Shown: positions 32,969 through 40,037, counted from the stretch's first letter. The stretch is DNA of 64,000 nt from Anaerolineales bacterium (GCA_019454165.1 CP075367.1:1278805-1342804); one strand, 5' to 3'. Notes: generated by a model not told the origin, from the sequence alone. Program-made: numbers and translations.

Positions 32969-32999
32969 GCCTGGCCTGGGCCATGGGCCCAGGCCAGGC
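32969..32999 (-). promoter_or_regulatory. Perfect 14-bp-arm intercistronic hairpin
   Basis: GCCTGGCCTGGGCC-ATG-GGCCCAGGCCAGGC lies between the SRPBCC gene stop and the DUF1801 RBS. Confidence 0.5.
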
Positions 33000-33032
33000 G
33001 GTAATAGTAGAAACGGGTTGCGCTGTGCGCGG

Positions 33033-33479
33033 TTACTTGGCCAGGTAGTCGGCCAGGGTTTCCAGCGCCTGCTTGGCGCCGCCCACCGCGCCGTAGCTGG
33101 CGGCCTCCTGGTAGGCCTCGGCCGTGGCGAAGACCAGGTGCAGGGTCACTTTGGTCTTGCCGCCCTCGTCCTCGAAGGAGACGTTGGTACGCACGGGGTC
33201 GCCGGCGTACTCGCCTTCGTTGCCATAGTCGTACACCAGCCGGGCAGGCTTGTCGATCTCGATGAAGGTGATCTTGAAGCCGTAGCTCTCGCCATCCGGC
33301 GTGGCGGTGCTATAGCGCCACACCCCGCCGGGCTTGGCGTCCCACTCCTGCGTGGTGGAGCCGGGCGGCAGCCACCACTGCTCGGCGTGTTCCTTCTCGG
33401 TGAAGGCGGCGAAGACGGTCTCACGCGGGGCGTCGAACACACGGGTTGCGATGATCTCGCGGTCTGCAGTATTGCTCAT
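33033..33479 (-). CDS. SRPBCC/AHSA1-like (activator of Hsp90 ATPase homolog 1-like) domain protein
   Basis: 148 aa. REIIATRVFDAPRETVFAAFTEKEHAEQWW is the typical N-terminal pattern. It is coupled to the ArsR gene by start/stop overlap. Confidence 0.8.
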   Translation of the reverse strand: MSNTADREIIATRVFDAPRETVFAAFTEKEHAEQWWLPPGSTTQEWDAKPGGVWRYSTATPDGESYGFKITFIEIDKPARLVYDYGNEGEYAGDPVRTNVSFEDEGGKTKVTLHLVFATAEAYQEAASYGAVGGAKQALETLADYLAK

Positions 33480-33820
33480 TACGAATCTCCTTTTTGTATC
33501 TTGCGTAGATAGTCTTGCAGGCGGTCAAAATTGGCTTCCCAATGCTGGCGATAATCTTCCAGCCAGGCGGAGACGTCTCGCAGCGGGGCGGCCTGCAACT
33601 GGGCCGGCCGCCACTGCGCCTCACGCCCGCGCTGGATCAAGCCCGCCCGCTCCAGCACCTTAAGGTGCTTGGAGATGGTGGGCATGCTCAGCGTGAAAGG
33701 CTGTGCCAGCTCTTTGACGGTGGCGGGGCCTTGCGCCAGGCGCGCCAACATAGCCCGGCGGGTGGGGTCTGCCAGGGCGGCAAAGGTAAGGCTGAGGGAA
33801 TCGGTATCGTTGGGAAGCAT
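33479..33820 (-). CDS. ArsR/SmtB-family transcriptional regulator
   Basis: 113 aa with FAALADPTRRAMLARLAQGPATVKELAQPFTLSMPTISKHLKVLERAGLI. Confidence 0.9.
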   Translation of the reverse strand: MLPNDTDSLSLTFAALADPTRRAMLARLAQGPATVKELAQPFTLSMPTISKHLKVLERAGLIQRGREAQWRPAQLQAAPLRDVSAWLEDYRQHWEANFDRLQDYLRKIQKGDS

Positions 33821-33822
33821 AC

Positions 33823-33867
33823 TTAGCTAATTAGCTAAATGGTAAAGTATGCAGAGCAAATTGTCAA
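33823..33867 (-). promoter_or_regulatory. arsR-family gene promoter with a 16-bp perfect palindromic operator
   Basis: Read on the minus strand: TTGACA (33867-33862), a 17-nt spacer, TACCAT (33844-33839), then TTAGCTAATTAGCTAA (33838-33823), which ends 2 nt before the ATG. No SD is present. Confidence 0.6.
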
Positions 33868-33886
33868 GGCCAATGAGAACTGTAAG

Positions 33887-33913
33887 TTGAACATCCTGCC
33901 CATCCGCTATAGT
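33887..33913 (+). promoter_or_regulatory. Candidate promoter giving a leaderless lipoprotein mRNA
   Basis: TTGAAC (33887-33892), a 15-nt spacer, TATAGT (33908-33913), with the ATG 7 nt downstream at 33920. No SD is present. Confidence 0.45.
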
Positions 33914-33919
33914 TGAACT

Positions 33920-34513
33920 ATGAAACGGGGAAAGGTATTGCTCTTGTTGAGCGCACTGCTTGCCGCCAGCCTGGCCGCGTGTGCGCAGGCGCCCGCCGCT
34001 AAGCCGCAAGCGCGCATTCTGTATTTCACGCACCGCACGGACGCCGAAGCCAGCTTGCTGGCGCCCGGCCACCTGCGCCAAGCCTTAGGCGCCCAGGCCG
34101 TGGGCGAGTGGGGCGATCTGATGGTGCTGCACCGCGCCCAGCCGGCCGAGGCCATCATCATCGATGGCGCCGCAGTGGCGCAGGCCAACCCTGATGACCT
34201 GGCGGCCTTGTACCGCCAATGTGTGGTGCTGGCCTTCTTCAACCTCTATTCGCCCGAGGTGGCGCGGCTGGTGGATGACCCCAGCGTGCGCGCAGGCGGT
34301 TGGATGGATGGCAGCGAGCCGTTCCAGACCGACTTCTACATAATGGTGCAGCGCGAAGCTCGTACCGATGAGGAAACCTGTGCAGCCGATGCGCTGCCCA
34401 GTGAACTGAACGGCCTGGGCAAGAGCCGCAGCCAGTACTCGTTGGCAAGCGATGCGGATTTTGAAGTGTTTACCGGCGTGTTGAACACGCGCCTTTCCGA
34501 CCCGCAGCCGTAA
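33920..34513 (+). CDS. Hypothetical lipoprotein
   Basis: 197 aa. MKRGKVLLLLSALLAASLAACAQ is a signal peptide with lipobox LAAC. I recognise no domain. Confidence 0.7.
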   Translation: MKRGKVLLLLSALLAASLAACAQAPAAKPQARILYFTHRTDAEASLLAPGHLRQALGAQAVGEWGDLMVLHRAQPAEAIIIDGAAVAQANPDDLAALYRQCVVLAFFNLYSPEVARLVDDPSVRAGGWMDGSEPFQTDFYIMVQREARTDEETCAADALPSELNGLGKSRSQYSLASDADFEVFTGVLNTRLSDPQP

Positions 34514-34514
34514 G

Positions 34515-35324
34515 CTACACGTACACCAGGCAATCCGCCAATACCGGCGCGGTTTCGAACTGATTCCAGCGCAGGTCCAGCTTGCGCAGCTTATTGAGCG
34601 CATGGAGACTGGCGGGCAGCTGGCTGAGCTGATTGTTGCGTAAGTCCAAATAGTAGAGTTCGGTCAGTTTTCCAATGGTTTCCGGCAGGCTGGTCAGCAG
34701 ATTGCTGCGGGCGTGCAGCTCGCGCAGGTGGGCCAGCTTGCCGATCGAACCGGGTAGTTGGCGGATGCGATTATTGTAGATACGCAGCTCCTGGAGCGCG
34801 GCCAGCTCGCAAACGGCCTCTGGCAATTCGCCAAATTGGTTGTCGGTCATGCTGAGATAGGCGAGGCTGCGCATGTGCCTAAGTTCGTCAGGCACGCGAT
34901 CCAGTTGGTTGTCGCTAATGTACAGGAACTCCAGCTTGTGCAGCTGACCGAGTTCGGCCGGCAGGCTGCTGAGTTGGTTGTGGGCAATGTCCAGCACTTC
35001 GAGCTTGCTTAGCTGGCCTAGCTCGGCCGGCAGGCTGCGGGCGGGTGTGCCGAAGAAGAACAGCTGGCGCAGCTCCCGCAGCTGGCCCACCGCGGCGGGC
35101 AGCTGGTCGAGCGGGTCTTCGCCCAACGAAAGCGTCTCCAAGTCGCCAAGCTCCCACAGCTCGGCCGGCAGTTGCTGCCAGCCGCAGCCGCGCAGCGAAA
35201 GGGCGGTGATGCGCTCGCCGTCCTGGCAGTAGGCGATCTTGTGCGTGTGCAGCTGGCTGCGCTCCACGCGCGGGATTGGCTGGCTGAGCTTCTGCTCTAA
35301 CTGCTGCAATATGTTTGCTGGCAT
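34515..35324 (-). CDS. Leucine-rich repeat (LRR) protein, about nine 23-residue repeats, with no signal peptide or effector domain
   Basis: 269 aa with repeats of the form LPxxLGQLxxLExLxLxxNQLxx (for example LPAELGQLSKLEVLDIAHNQLSS, LPAELGQLHKLEFLYISDNQLDR, LPETIGKLTELYYLDLRNNQLSQ). Confidence 0.85.
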   Translation of the reverse strand: MPANILQQLEQKLSQPIPRVERSQLHTHKIAYCQDGERITALSLRGCGWQQLPAELWELGDLETLSLGEDPLDQLPAAVGQLRELRQLFFFGTPARSLPAELGQLSKLEVLDIAHNQLSSLPAELGQLHKLEFLYISDNQLDRVPDELRHMRSLAYLSMTDNQFGELPEAVCELAALQELRIYNNRIRQLPGSIGKLAHLRELHARSNLLTSLPETIGKLTELYYLDLRNNQLSQLPASLHALNKLRKLDLRWNQFETAPVLADCLVYV

Positions 35325-35343
35325 GTTTTATACGTATTAGTAG

Positions 35344-35766
35344 TTAGTCTGCCTGGAGTGAGTTCCAGGCTGCGTGGTACTTTTGCAGTTTTTCAAATGA
35401 GCCAGGCGTGATCTCTTTAAGACGTAGGATGTTGGCGTTGTCCTCAAGATCAGCCAGTTTGACCCTGCGAGCAAGCGGCACTTGCTTGATAGCGGCTATG
35501 TAGTCCTCGTAGCTCTGCTCATCCAGGTGGGTCAGGGCTTCCAGCGCTTCAAGGATCGGCTCGGCAAAGCCCAGCTTCTTCAGATCAGCCAGCGTGGTGT
35601 CTGAATCCTCGACTACATCATGCAGAACGGCTACGATCATCTCTTCAGCCGTTTGCATACGCAGCATGAGACGCAGCGGATGCAGGATATAGGGCGCGCC
35701 CGCCTTATCCACCTGCTGCCGGTGCGCGGCGAGCGCCACTCCAATCGCTGTGTTCAGGTCAGCCAT
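35344..35766 (-). CDS. Small HD-domain hydrolase, RelA/SpoT-type (p)ppGpp-hydrolase-like
   Basis: 140 aa from the ATG at 35766, with AHRQQVDKAGAPYILHPLRL and LHDVVEDS motifs. It overlaps the DUF1684 stop by 8 nt. The track ORF extends spuriously to 35901. Confidence 0.7.
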   Translation of the reverse strand: MADLNTAIGVALAAHRQQVDKAGAPYILHPLRLMLRMQTAEEMIVAVLHDVVEDSDTTLADLKKLGFAEPILEALEALTHLDEQSYEDYIAAIKQVPLARRVKLADLEDNANILRLKEITPGSFEKLQKYHAAWNSLQAD

Positions 35767-36604
35767 GCGAACTCGTGTAGCGTTCGCCCACCTCGATCGC
35801 CACGGGCAGCACATTGCTGGCCTGCGGCAGCGGGCAGGTGGCGAATTCGGTGAAGGCGCACGGCGGGCTGTAGAGCTTGTTAAGATCCAGCACCACTTCA
35901 TCGCCGGTGGGCGTCTCGCTGGTCAGGAAGCGGCCGGCGCCGTAGCTGCCTTTGCCCGCGCTGGCGTCTTTGACCAGCAGATAGTATGTGCCATCCTCCA
36001 GCAGCTCAGCTTGCGGCGCGCAGTGCACGCCGCCGTATTCGAAGTGCAGCACGGCGTGCATTTCAGTCTCCTGCTGGATGCCAACGATGTCGTCGCGCAG
36101 CACGCGCACGGGCGACTCGTAGCGCTCGATGCGTGCCGTCACGCGGGCGGCCGGATCCGGCGGGAACCAGACGCGGCCGGTGGCCGTTTGGCGTTCCGGC
36201 CGCTGCGGGTCCCAGATGCGGATCGCGTAGCGATCACCGCGCCGCAGCACCAAAATGCGCACATCCTCCCAGAACACGAAGGTTGGCTGTTCGCTGTGAT
36301 CGTCGTGCAACCGGGTCTCGCCGCTGACCGGGGCTTCGCCCGCGGCCGGGTTGGCGCCCGCGCTCAGGGCGGCGTCAGGCGTAGGATGCAAGCTGACCTG
36401 GCCGTTGGCCAGGTGCAGGCTGCCCAGGCCGCCCGGGGCGCGGGCGGGCAGCAGTACGCGGCTGCCGGGCGCGCTGCCGAGGCTGTTCTCGCCCTCGTCC
36501 AGCCAGAACAGGCCGGTCAGCGTCAGCCAGCTGTAGGGAGCGCGCAAACGCTCGCCCATGTCTGCGCGCCAGGCGTTTAGTTGTGCCAGATAGTCAACTG
36601 ACAT
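35759..36604 (-). CDS. DUF1684 domain protein
   Basis: 281 aa. GSYGAGRFL...LDLNKLYSPPCAFTEFATCPLPQASNVLPVAIEVGE matches the conserved DUF1684 C-terminal pattern as I recall it. The start overlaps the upstream stop (TAATG). Confidence 0.75.
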   Translation of the reverse strand: MSVDYLAQLNAWRADMGERLRAPYSWLTLTGLFWLDEGENSLGSAPGSRVLLPARAPGGLGSLHLANGQVSLHPTPDAALSAGANPAAGEAPVSGETRLHDDHSEQPTFVFWEDVRILVLRRGDRYAIRIWDPQRPERQTATGRVWFPPDPAARVTARIERYESPVRVLRDDIVGIQQETEMHAVLHFEYGGVHCAPQAELLEDGTYYLLVKDASAGKGSYGAGRFLTSETPTGDEVVLDLNKLYSPPCAFTEFATCPLPQASNVLPVAIEVGERYTSSHG

Positions 36605-37974
36605 TAAACGTACTCGAACTGGGCCGTGAAGTGGCGCAGCAACTCCGGAGCATACGTCATCTTCATGCCGCGGATCTTGCCGGCATCCGCTTTGATCTCG
36701 CCGATCACCTCAGCCACATAATCGAAGTGGCTCTGGGTATATGTTCGGCGCGGGATCGCCAGGCGCACCAACTCCAGCGGCGGAAACTTCCATTGGCCGT
36801 CCACCAGCTGGCCGAAGGCGATCGTGCCCATCTCCACGGCGCGGATGCCGCCGTACTGGTACAGCGCCACCGAGAGCGCCTGGCCCGGCAGCTGCTCGCG
36901 GCTCAGGTGCGGCAGCAGGCCGGCCGCATCCAGATAGATGGCGTGCCCGCCGGTCGGCTCGATCAGTGGCATGCCTGCCTGGCGGATGCGGTCGGCGGCG
37001 TAGGCGGTTTGCGCCAGGCGGTAGGCCAGGTAGTCCTCCTGCAAGCCGTCGCGCAGGCCCACGGCCAGCGCGTCCAGATCGCGGCCGGCCAGGCCGCCGT
37101 AGGTGGGGAAGCCCTCGCGCAGGATCAGCTCGGCCCGTACGCGCTCGAACAGCTTGTCGTCGTTCGTGGCCAGGAAGCCGCCGATGTTAACCATGCCGTC
37201 CTTCTTGGCGCTCATCGTGGCGCCGTCAGCCAGGGCAAAGATCTCGCGGGCGATCTCCAGCGGAGTCTTGTCGGCATACCCCGGCTCGCGCAGCTTGATG
37301 AAATAGGCATTCTCGGCATAGCGGCAGGCGTCAATAAAGAACGGGATGTTGTAGCTGCGGTAGATCTCCGAAACGGCGCGCAGATTGGCCAGCGAGACCG
37401 GCTGGCCGCCCCCGGCGTTGTTGGTGATCGTCATCATGCCGAACGGGATGTTGGCTGGGCCTTTCTCCTCGATCCAGGCCTTGAGGGCGTCAGTGTCCAT
37501 ATCGCCCTTGAAATCCACGACCGTTTGCGGCTCATAGGCCACTTGCTTGACCAGATTGGTGGGTACGCCGCCGCGCGCCAATATGTTGCCTTCGGTGGTG
37601 TCGAAATGCATATTCGAGGGCACGAACTGGCCGGCCTTCAACAGTACGGCCGCGAGGATGTTCTCGGCTGCCCGCCCCTGGTGGGTTGGCACAAAATGCT
37701 TGAAGCCAAAGATATCCTGCATGACTTCTTTGAGGCGGTAGAACGACCGCGCCCCGGCGTAAGATTCATCCCCTGACATCATGGCCGACCATTGCGCCTG
37801 GCTCATGGCGCCAGTGCCCGAATCGGTCATCAGGTCAATGTACACATCCTGGGCACGCAGGCCAAATACGTTGTAGCCCGCGGCTTTCAGCGCTTTCTCA
37901 CGCTCCGCCTGGTTGATGAGCTGGATCGGCTCGACGACCTTGATGCGGAACGGTTCCGGCAGGTACTTGGGCAT
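36604..37974 (-). CDS. tnaA: Tryptophanase / tyrosine phenol-lyase family beta-eliminating lyase (tryptophanase-like)
   Basis: 456 aa from the ATG at 37974 (AAGGAG RBS): MPKYLPEPFRIKVVEP... The PLP lysine context is SAKKDGMVNIGG, and the C-terminus is LLRHFTAQFEYV. HFDTT (Asp rather than the Thr of tyrosine phenol-lyase, as I recall) favours tryptophanase. The track ORF extends spuriously to 38559. Confidence 0.85.
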   Translation of the reverse strand: MPKYLPEPFRIKVVEPIQLINQAEREKALKAAGYNVFGLRAQDVYIDLMTDSGTGAMSQAQWSAMMSGDESYAGARSFYRLKEVMQDIFGFKHFVPTHQGRAAENILAAVLLKAGQFVPSNMHFDTTEGNILARGGVPTNLVKQVAYEPQTVVDFKGDMDTDALKAWIEEKGPANIPFGMMTITNNAGGGQPVSLANLRAVSEIYRSYNIPFFIDACRYAENAYFIKLREPGYADKTPLEIAREIFALADGATMSAKKDGMVNIGGFLATNDDKLFERVRAELILREGFPTYGGLAGRDLDALAVGLRDGLQEDYLAYRLAQTAYAADRIRQAGMPLIEPTGGHAIYLDAAGLLPHLSREQLPGQALSVALYQYGGIRAVEMGTIAFGQLVDGQWKFPPLELVRLAIPRRTYTQSHFDYVAEVIGEIKADAGKIRGMKMTYAPELLRHFTAQFEYV

Positions 37975-37996
37975 GTAATCTCCTTGGGGTGGGTGG

Positions 37997-38038
37997 TTGC
38001 GCACGGCCGCGCGTATGGCTGCCGTGCGCAAAGTATAA
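37997..38038. promoter_or_regulatory. Divergent tnaA-like/MBL control region: 11-bp inverted repeat abutting a TATAAT box
   Basis: TTGCGCACGGC (37997-38007), 13 nt, GCCGTGCGCAA (38021-38031), then TATAAT (38033-38038). The MBL ATG lies 12 nt after the -10 box, so its mRNA is nearly leaderless. Confidence 0.5.
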
Positions 38039-38049
38039 TCCCGCTCACC

Positions 38050-38688
38050 ATGCCGCTCGAGATCGTCAAGATGACCCTGGGTCCGGCCCAGACCAACTGC
38101 TACATCGTGGCCGAGCAAGGCAATTCGGACGCGGTCGTGATCGACCCGTCGTGGGACGGCCATCTGATTCTGGAGCAGATGCACGCGTGCAACTGGCGCA
38201 CGGCCGCCATCTGGCTGACCCACGCCCACTGGGATCACTTTGGCGGCGCGGCTGCCGTGGCCGACGGCAGCGTCACGCCGCCACAAGTGGCCCTGCACCC
38301 AGATGACTACGTACTGTGGCGCGCCGGCGGCGGGGCGCGCAACTACGGCCTGACCTTTGACCCCGGCCCCGAGCCAACGATCGACCTGGCCGGCGGGCAG
38401 ACCCTGTATGTCGGCAAGACCGCCCTGGAAGTGCGCTTTGCGCCCGGTCACTCGCGCGGCAGCGTCATGTTCTATGCGTCCAGCGAGCGGCTCATGTTCT
38501 GCGGCGACGTCATCTTTCAGATGAGCATCGGCCGCACCGATCTGCCCGGCGCCGACCACCAGACCCTGATCGATAGCATTACTCGCGAGGTACTAAGCCT
38601 GCCGGATGATGTGGTGCTGCTGCCCGGGCACGGGCCGGAGACCACGGTAGGGCAGGAACGCCAATTCAATCCATTTTTGCAAGACTGA
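38050..38688 (+). CDS. MBL-fold metallo-hydrolase (glyoxalase II-like)
   Basis: 212 aa from the ATG at 38050, with THAHWDHFGG (the HxHxDH motif) and later GHSRGS and LPGHG. The track ORF begins spuriously at 37792. Confidence 0.85.
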   Translation: MPLEIVKMTLGPAQTNCYIVAEQGNSDAVVIDPSWDGHLILEQMHACNWRTAAIWLTHAHWDHFGGAAAVADGSVTPPQVALHPDDYVLWRAGGGARNYGLTFDPGPEPTIDLAGGQTLYVGKTALEVRFAPGHSRGSVMFYASSERLMFCGDVIFQMSIGRTDLPGADHQTLIDSITREVLSLPDDVVLLPGHGPETTVGQERQFNPFLQD

Positions 38689-38696
38689 GGAGTGCA

Positions 38697-39194
38697 ATGC
38701 TGAAGGAACTTTTGCTGGATATGTACGATTTCACCTGCTGGGGGCGCGACCTGATCCTGGAGCAGGCCGCCAAGCTGACCCCCGAGCAATTCGAGGAAGA
38801 GACTCGCTTCCCGATCAAGAGCGTCAAGGAAACCCTGGTGCACACCCTCTCGGCGGAATACGCTTACCGCGTGCGCTGCATGGGCCTGCCGTATGAACCC
38901 GTCAAGCCAGAGCAGTTCGCCGACCTGGCCGCGCTGCGTGCCCGCTGGCAGGCCGAGGAGGCCGAGATGCGCGCCTACCTGGCCGCGGCCAGCGACGATG
39001 AGCTGCAGGGCAGCGTAACCTACACCGTCTCCACCGGCGAGGAGTTCACCCGCGGGCGGCTGCTGCTACTCAAACAGCTGCTCTTCCATAGCATGCAGCA
39101 CCGCGCCGAGCTGGCCCAGATGCTGACCGAATTCGGCCATTCGCCCGGCAATATCGACTATACATTGTTTTACATCAGCAAGCAGGCCGCCTAG
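38697..39194 (+). CDS. DinB-family (DinB_2-like four-helix bundle) protein
   Basis: 165 aa. The call rests on the conserved His spacing (LVHTLSAEYAY..., LFHSMQHRAELAQML) and the predicted helical character. Confidence 0.65.
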   Translation: MLKELLLDMYDFTCWGRDLILEQAAKLTPEQFEEETRFPIKSVKETLVHTLSAEYAYRVRCMGLPYEPVKPEQFADLAALRARWQAEEAEMRAYLAAASDDELQGSVTYTVSTGEEFTRGRLLLLKQLLFHSMQHRAELAQMLTEFGHSPGNIDYTLFYISKQAA

Positions 39195-39208
39195 GCTGCT
39201 ACGCCACC

Positions 39209-39247
39209 AAAAAACAGGCTGCGGTTAACCGCAGCCTGTTTTGGTTT
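39209..39247 (+). terminator. Rho-independent terminator after the DinB-family gene
   Basis: AAAAACAGGCTGCGG-TTAA-CCGCAGCCTGTTTTGGTTT. Confidence 0.85.
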
Positions 39248-39348
39248 AAAGCTCGCTTGGGGAATGGGGAGAAGGGTGGGGCCGGTTGTGTTTTTGCCCC
39301 TCCGGTTCACTGTTTTCCTGCTCACTACTCCCTTTTATGTTCATAATT

Positions 39349-39368
39349 TCACAATATTGTGATATAAT
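39349..39368 (+). promoter_or_regulatory. Perfect 14-bp palindrome TCACAATATTGTGA fused to a TATAAT box
   Basis: The palindrome is at 39349-39362, immediately followed by TATAAT at 39363-39368, in a locally AT-rich stretch ~50 nt upstream of the 39417 ORF. Confidence 0.55.
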
Positions 39369-39416
39369 GCACATGTAGTAATCAACCGGTTTCGCCTTAG
39401 GGAAAGGAAGGTTGCC

Positions 39417-39890
39417 ATGTTTGCGTTCTACCTGTTCTTACTCACTGGTATAGCTCTGATGGTGTTCTTCGGATCGTATGGCGAAGCGGTGAACACGCTC
39501 GTCAAGATGGAGCAGGGGCTGGGCGGCGCAGGCCGCTTCACCTCTGCGCTGGGCTTGGCCGTTTCCGCAGGCGTGGTGTGGTTCTTCCACTGGCGGGCCT
39601 ACCGCAGCCGTCTGCGCACTGCCGGTGATGGCATGCACGGCCTCAGCATGGTCTATCTCTTCCTTCTGTCCTTTGGCTTCGGCCTCTGGGCAATGCTCCA
39701 GGCTGCTACCCTGGTGGAGCTGGTGACGGAGCAGCTGATGGGGCTGGTCAGCGGCTCCGGCTGGCTGCTGACGGGCCAGGCCGCCAAGCTGGCCGTCACA
39801 GTGGGATTGTGGGTTGAGCATCTGCGCCTGCTCTTCGCTGAGGCCGCCTTTGCGGCGGCCAAGAGCGCCAGCGAGGCGGCGCAGGCCTAG
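39417..39890 (+). CDS. Hypothetical integral membrane protein (about 4 TM segments)
   Basis: 157 aa with GGAAAGGAAGG RBS. It has hydrophobic segments and no domain I recognise. Confidence 0.6.
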   Translation: MFAFYLFLLTGIALMVFFGSYGEAVNTLVKMEQGLGGAGRFTSALGLAVSAGVVWFFHWRAYRSRLRTAGDGMHGLSMVYLFLLSFGFGLWAMLQAATLVELVTEQLMGLVSGSGWLLTGQAAKLAVTVGLWVEHLRLLFAEAAFAAAKSASEAAQA

Positions 39891-39905
39891 TCGAGCACCG
39901 TAACA

Positions 39906-39944
39906 AAAAGAGGCGGCCTGTCTCCGGGCCGCCTCTTTTGTTTG
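39906..39944 (+). terminator. Rho-independent terminator
   Basis: AAAAAGAGGCGGCC-TGTCTCCG-GGCCGCCTCTTTTGTTT. Confidence 0.85.
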
Positions 39945-39988
39945 AGCATTTGGAGCATGTATCTGAGGCAGGGTATTAGCGGCGACGT

Positions 39989-40037
39989 ATCCGCGTCCAT
40001 CTGTGTTTATCTGCGGCAGAATCTGCGTTCATCTGTG
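39989..40037 (+). repeat. Five helically phased ATC(T/C)G(T/C)G heptamer direct repeats
   Basis: ATCCGCG starts at 39989, ATCTGTG at 39999, ATCTGCG at 40009, ATCTGCG at 40021 and ATCTGTG at 40031, giving spacings of 10, 10, 12 and 10 nt. The repeats lie between two convergent terminators. Confidence 0.7.

Noticed and set aside
34515-35324. DNA-level ~69-nt tandem periodicity that might be mistaken for a non-coding tandem repeat.
   Set aside because: It is fully explained by the 23-residue leucine-rich repeats of an intact ORF.
36604-38688. The very long versions of two track ORFs (36604..38559 at 651 aa, and 37792..38688 at 298 aa), which overlap each other head to head.
   Set aside because: Homology-like sequence begins only at MPKYLPEPFRIK (ATG 37974, AAGGAG RBS) and at MPLEIVKMTLGP (ATG 38050). 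The extensions are Arg/Ala/Gly-rich read-through of the divergent partner gene.
39989-40037. Possible CRISPR array or DnaA-box cluster.
   Set aside because: The repeats are only 7 nt long with 3-5-nt spacers, which is far too short for CRISPR. Only one copy resembles part of a DnaA box, so calling it oriC is unsupported. I kept it as an unexplained phased repeat.
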